Source of the DNA: Kondoa subrosea
Lineage: Eukaryota
DNA length: 64,000 nucleotides
Assembly (NCBI GenBank): GCA_039545335.1
Contig: BCIN01000004.1
Coordinates: 424,925-488,924, forward strand
Direction: 5' to 3'
Shown here: in pieces, positions 60,335 through 64,000 of the stretch
How the letters are laid out: each line of letters opens with the position of its first letter
Position numbering within the stretch: position 1 is the first letter of the stretch
Program-made: the position numbers and the translations under genes
Notes under the pieces: generated by a model
What the model was told of the DNA's origin: nothing
What the model saw: the letters and a program-made list of their open reading frames with translations, nothing else
The model's database searches: none

Positions 60335-60742
60335 TACCCTCTTCTTCTTTATCATCTGGTGTACATAATCGGGAATAATAGGGCACAAGATAGATTTAGT
60401 AGACCGAGAGTAGACAGTGTCGTTTCTGTTTCTTGCATCGTTGTGATCTTCACTGCATGCTGCGATCTGATTGTCTGATGTGTACTAGCCGACAATGACC
60501 ATGTTCTTGCTTCCGCTCCTTCAGTCACTCAGTGTATACGCGATGCGGAATCATCGTGAATTTGATCTATAGAAGGCGTATCTGATCTCGTCTAGTCTTT
60601 CACGCAGATGCATCTTATTGTTTCTGTACGCCGTCACCCTGCTTTGCTACATCACAAGGTTCTGGCCGCTGCTGATCTGACAACGCTTACGCTGTCTTCG
60701 TCTGTCCCGCTTTTAATCGAGTGTCTTTTCAGGCTTTCGTAA

Positions 60743-62795
60743 ATGTCGCCTCGATTGCTCATCTTCTCCTTTATCACTCGAGATACCACCAATGCTTCTG
60801 CTCAAGGCACTGAGCTGCTCTTGTATCGACCTCGAGGATCCTTTATGTCATCAAATTGGACTTTCACTACATTACATACGTACGATGAACCGAAGATGGA
60901 CCAGAAGAAGAAGAAAAGTCCGCTCATTGCTGCCCTGGAGACTAAGCTGCCTACGCCGGAAGAGCTATCGAAAGCTTCTGTAGAAAAGCAGACAGGTCTT
61001 TTCATCGGCGATAGCGGAGAGCTCATACCGGTCAGACGTAGCAAGCAGCTCAGGTGGGACGAAGAGACGGCGATCATCGCTTTCCTTTATCGTCTTGCTG
61101 TCAGTACAGTCGCCAAAGTTTCGTTTTGACATCTGATAAGGCTGATTGATTTCTACAGCCGATACAACAATTGCAGAAGATGGGAAGACGAGTACTCGCA
61201 ACCTGCTTGAGGTCTGCGGAGGAACACTCTTGGCTAGCCTTGGGGCCAGTAAGGCAACAGACTTTCTTGCAGAAGTTTGCTCACGCTATGCTAAGGTGGT
61301 AGCAAATGCAGAACACGAGCATGTCAATACAGCTCTTCACGCAGTTTTCCTCCCTATCGCTTTCGCGCAAAGCTTCGATCAGCTACAACTAGACTCAAGC
61401 TCGATTGCGGAATCGCAATTTGTCTTACTGGCTCTTTCCCTCTTACATCAAGCGATTCGAACGAAGACTGGCAGACAAGGCTTCAAATTCTACCCTTCGC
61501 AACTACCTGCTCCACCTAAGCACAAAGATCAGCAAAAGGAATGGATTAAGAAGCAGGTTCATTGCGCCAAAGTGAACAGCTTTACTTACTTCTCCAGCGT
61601 CTTGGCGTGGCATTTGCGGGCAATGCATAACACTACTTCCCTTAACTATTGGTTGGTTAAATGTTTGTCAGGCATCAAACTCTTAGTGCAGTCTGCCGAA
61701 GTGGAAACCCTTGAGATGTTTGAGCTCTTGGCGATGAAGGCAATCAATCTTGAGTACGCGGCTATGATTCTCTGTGAACCAGGCTTATAGAACTCGTAGA
61801 ATCGAGCGGCACAGAGCTACTTCCGGTACACAAGTTTCGGAATCGGTTCAACGTCTGTTGCGCATCAAGTTTCATCATGACGGCATTCCAATCCAACCGA
61901 AAAGCTTATGCGTAGTTTTATCGTCCCCTTCAGCTTCGGCATTGCGGATTGTGTCTGGTCTCATACGTCAGGTCCTTGTCCCGAACATCTTATCGGCTGA
62001 ACCGATATCTCAACTCAAGCATCTGCATATCATGCAGGGAGAGGGTCGACCCGATTGCGAAGGCATTGATATTGCTGCAACTCTGTATGGACTTGTACAA
62101 GAATGTGAGCAAGAACGCAATAGTAACGTTGAGCAAGCTCGATCCAATTCCTTCGCTGCCTGCTATACACCAAATCTGAGTGGAGCGATGGTGAAAGTTG
62201 GGAATAAAAATTACCATCTGTTGGAAGAATCGCTTCTACATTTCACTGGAAGTCGAAATAAAGTCACTATCGAATTGACAACTGATACGGCAATGACTTC
62301 TCTTATACATCGGAATTTCAGGCAAAAACGGGATCAAGTCATACTAGTTGGCTGCGAGTCGGTTCTGCCCGATGGAAATCTGATTGGAAAATGCGGAGGC
62401 TATACAATAGCAAGTGCTGGACATTTGGTAGAAGCGCCTGTATTTGCTGTAGCAAGAGTTGAGAGTTTGCAAATTGAAGAGAACGTCTCCTTGTTGGAAC
62501 GGCAAGGAGAAGCAAGGGCTTTGTTGCCCGCTTGGTTCGCGCACGATGCTGCTCAGGCAAGAGAAGACTTTGTTCGTCAATCTACCGCAGCGAATCAAGC
62601 TATGTTGCAAGTGTCGAATCCGAAGTTCGAGGTCATACCTGCAGATATCTTGAATGGGTTTTTGACAGAGGTGAGTCTTTTCAGAGAATTCGTTAACATC
62701 GCTCAATGTAACCTCAGAACGGAATCTTGGATATAGATGCCATCAAAGGCTTGATACAGGCAAATCGCAGCGCAGCTCAAGCAGTATGGGGTTAA
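60743..62795 (+). CDS. eIF2B alpha/beta/delta-fold (IF-2B) protein with a degenerate NUDIX-like N-terminus
   Basis: C-terminal VILVGCESVLPDGNLIGKCGGYTIA..PVFAVA..NPKFEVIPADILNGFLTENG matches the IF-2B family. The N-terminal LIFSFI..LLLYR..EKQTGL pattern resembles the NUDIX module of fungal NUDIX-eIF2B fusions. Confidence 0.7.
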
Positions 62796-62834
62796 TATTG
62801 AAATTATGCGCGAAATTGTGACTGTATGCTAGTG

Positions 62835-64000
62835 CTATGTATTCAAAGAACAATATGGGTATGCTTGTGTGGAAATGACAGTGCTTAAGCAAATTCTAAA
62901 TGGATTCAAACACGAAGACAGTCTTAGTTGGATAGTTGAAGACGACTCGGCATTCCAGTATACGTGTCTTCTCTTCTCAATGGCGTGCAATGGATAGTGC
63001 CGCCTGAAATCAAGCGGGATTCTGAAGCAATGAAAAGATACAAACATTAACAAACAGAAAACAATATTGAAGAGGCTTTTGACATACCCCAACCTGTTCC
63101 GAGACTGATTTGACGTTCGATAAGCAGATTGATTAGCTTCCAATGCCTGATGGAATGAAAGATTGCGTCCATGAAGCTGAGAACCATTGATCAGCCAACA
63201 CTCGCAATATGGATTGAAGAGGTACCCATGACTTTGAGTGCTTCCACCATTTCGCTGCCAGATCTCCAACTTTTTCAAAGTCGACAATTGAGGTAATTGT
63301 AAAGCTTGATAGATACCTTGAGGTGTAAGAAGCTCCTAAATTTCTTTATCAGACTGTTAAATAGCCCAGTATAGTATAATGCTTACAAAGTCTGTGACAC
63401 CCAATGTCTGAAGTCTGGCTCCGGGATGCAAGTTCAAGAAGAATTGATCAGTCAAATCTTGACCAGCTACGACAAGATCTGTGAGCTTGGGGCAACTTTT
63501 GATGGCTTCGTCGAGAATAGGTGGAACAGTAGAGCAAGCAAGCCAGGGTGTCCTGTAAATTATGAGCGACGAAATATATGAGAGATTAAGGTGTTACTTA
63601 CATGATGCAAAGCTTCTCCAGCGTGGGTCCATTGCGCTGAACGAATTGCAGTAAACCAGCTTTAGTGATAGCGCTGGCAGTAATACCTTTCGAATCAACA
63701 GTCAGATCTCGAAGCTTCTTCCTCGGTTGGAAACATGCCTTGACAAGACATCAGAGTCAGATCGGTGAGCTTGTTCTCGCCTCCCAAATGGAACAGTGTC
63801 CGATCGTCAATCAAGGTCTCCCTTAAGCTGAGTCTGGTAAGGGAAGCTTTCTGGACAGGAAGAGTGAAGCATTTGGCAGGTGGTAGAAGTACAGCGTCAG
63901 GTCTGATGTGATACGAGTCTTTAGCTGAGGAGAAGACATCAGCTTGGTCCGTATACCCCGCCAGCAAAGCATACGTCTAAGATGAAGTCAGACTGGCGCG
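62835..64000 (-). CDS. 3' part of a leucine-rich-repeat/F-box-like protein (truncated by window end)
   Basis: Repeated LxxLxL units: LTRLSLRETLI, LTDLTLMSCQG, LKKLEIW. Spliced. Confidence 0.5.

Noticed and set aside
61740..61800. Frame change between ORFs 61146-61790 and 61774-62736, suggesting a frameshift
   Set aside because: A short intron (GTACGC...TAG, or a GC-AG alternative) restores the frame.
1..64000. Transposons, tRNA/rRNA genes, CRISPR arrays or bacterial-type operons
   Set aside because: No transposase, RT or integrase motifs, LTR/TIR pairs, cloverleaf or rRNA signatures, or repeat-spacer arrays were seen by eye. Small RNAs could still have been missed without a covariance-model search.

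Overview
Compact, very intron-rich eukaryotic DNA: introns are mostly about 45-60 nt with GT(A/G/C)AG-type donors, CTRAY branch points and YAG acceptors. This fits a basidiomycete fungus, possibly Pucciniomycotina (an inference from gene content and intron style). The short ORFs in the six-frame track are mostly exon fragments. About 30 spliced genes can be reconstructed by hand: ERG28 (partial), an aldo-keto reductase, RSM24, a PalI/SUR7 protein, a GNAT, an MCH1-like MFS, a TauD dioxygenase divergent from a sugar porter, fRMsr, NTF2, an apparently decayed cyanase, PBP1/ataxin-2, a ceramide synthase divergent from a PAP2_3 phosphotransferase, a SAM carrier, CRM1, a GCS1-type ArfGAP, CCDC43-like and DCN1-like proteins, a GAF-containing hybrid histidine kinase, a LACTB2-like hydrolase, a Rap1-like protein, an AA7 oxidase, a sedolisin, a DHA2 MFS, a NUDIX/eIF2B-like fusion and several orphans. 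The most notable observations are: 2-nt and 3-nt obligatory microexons; the cyanase pseudogene; two head-to-head pairs that may be metabolic modules (ceramide synthase with PAP2_3, TauD with sugar porter); tandem orphan families, one with an intron-marked internal duplication; a hidden 51-aa Cys-rich microprotein; and domain losses in PBP1 and Rap1. No rRNA, tRNA, CRISPR array or recognisable transposon was seen. All family calls come from motif recognition by eye, with no database search, so exon boundaries are predictions.
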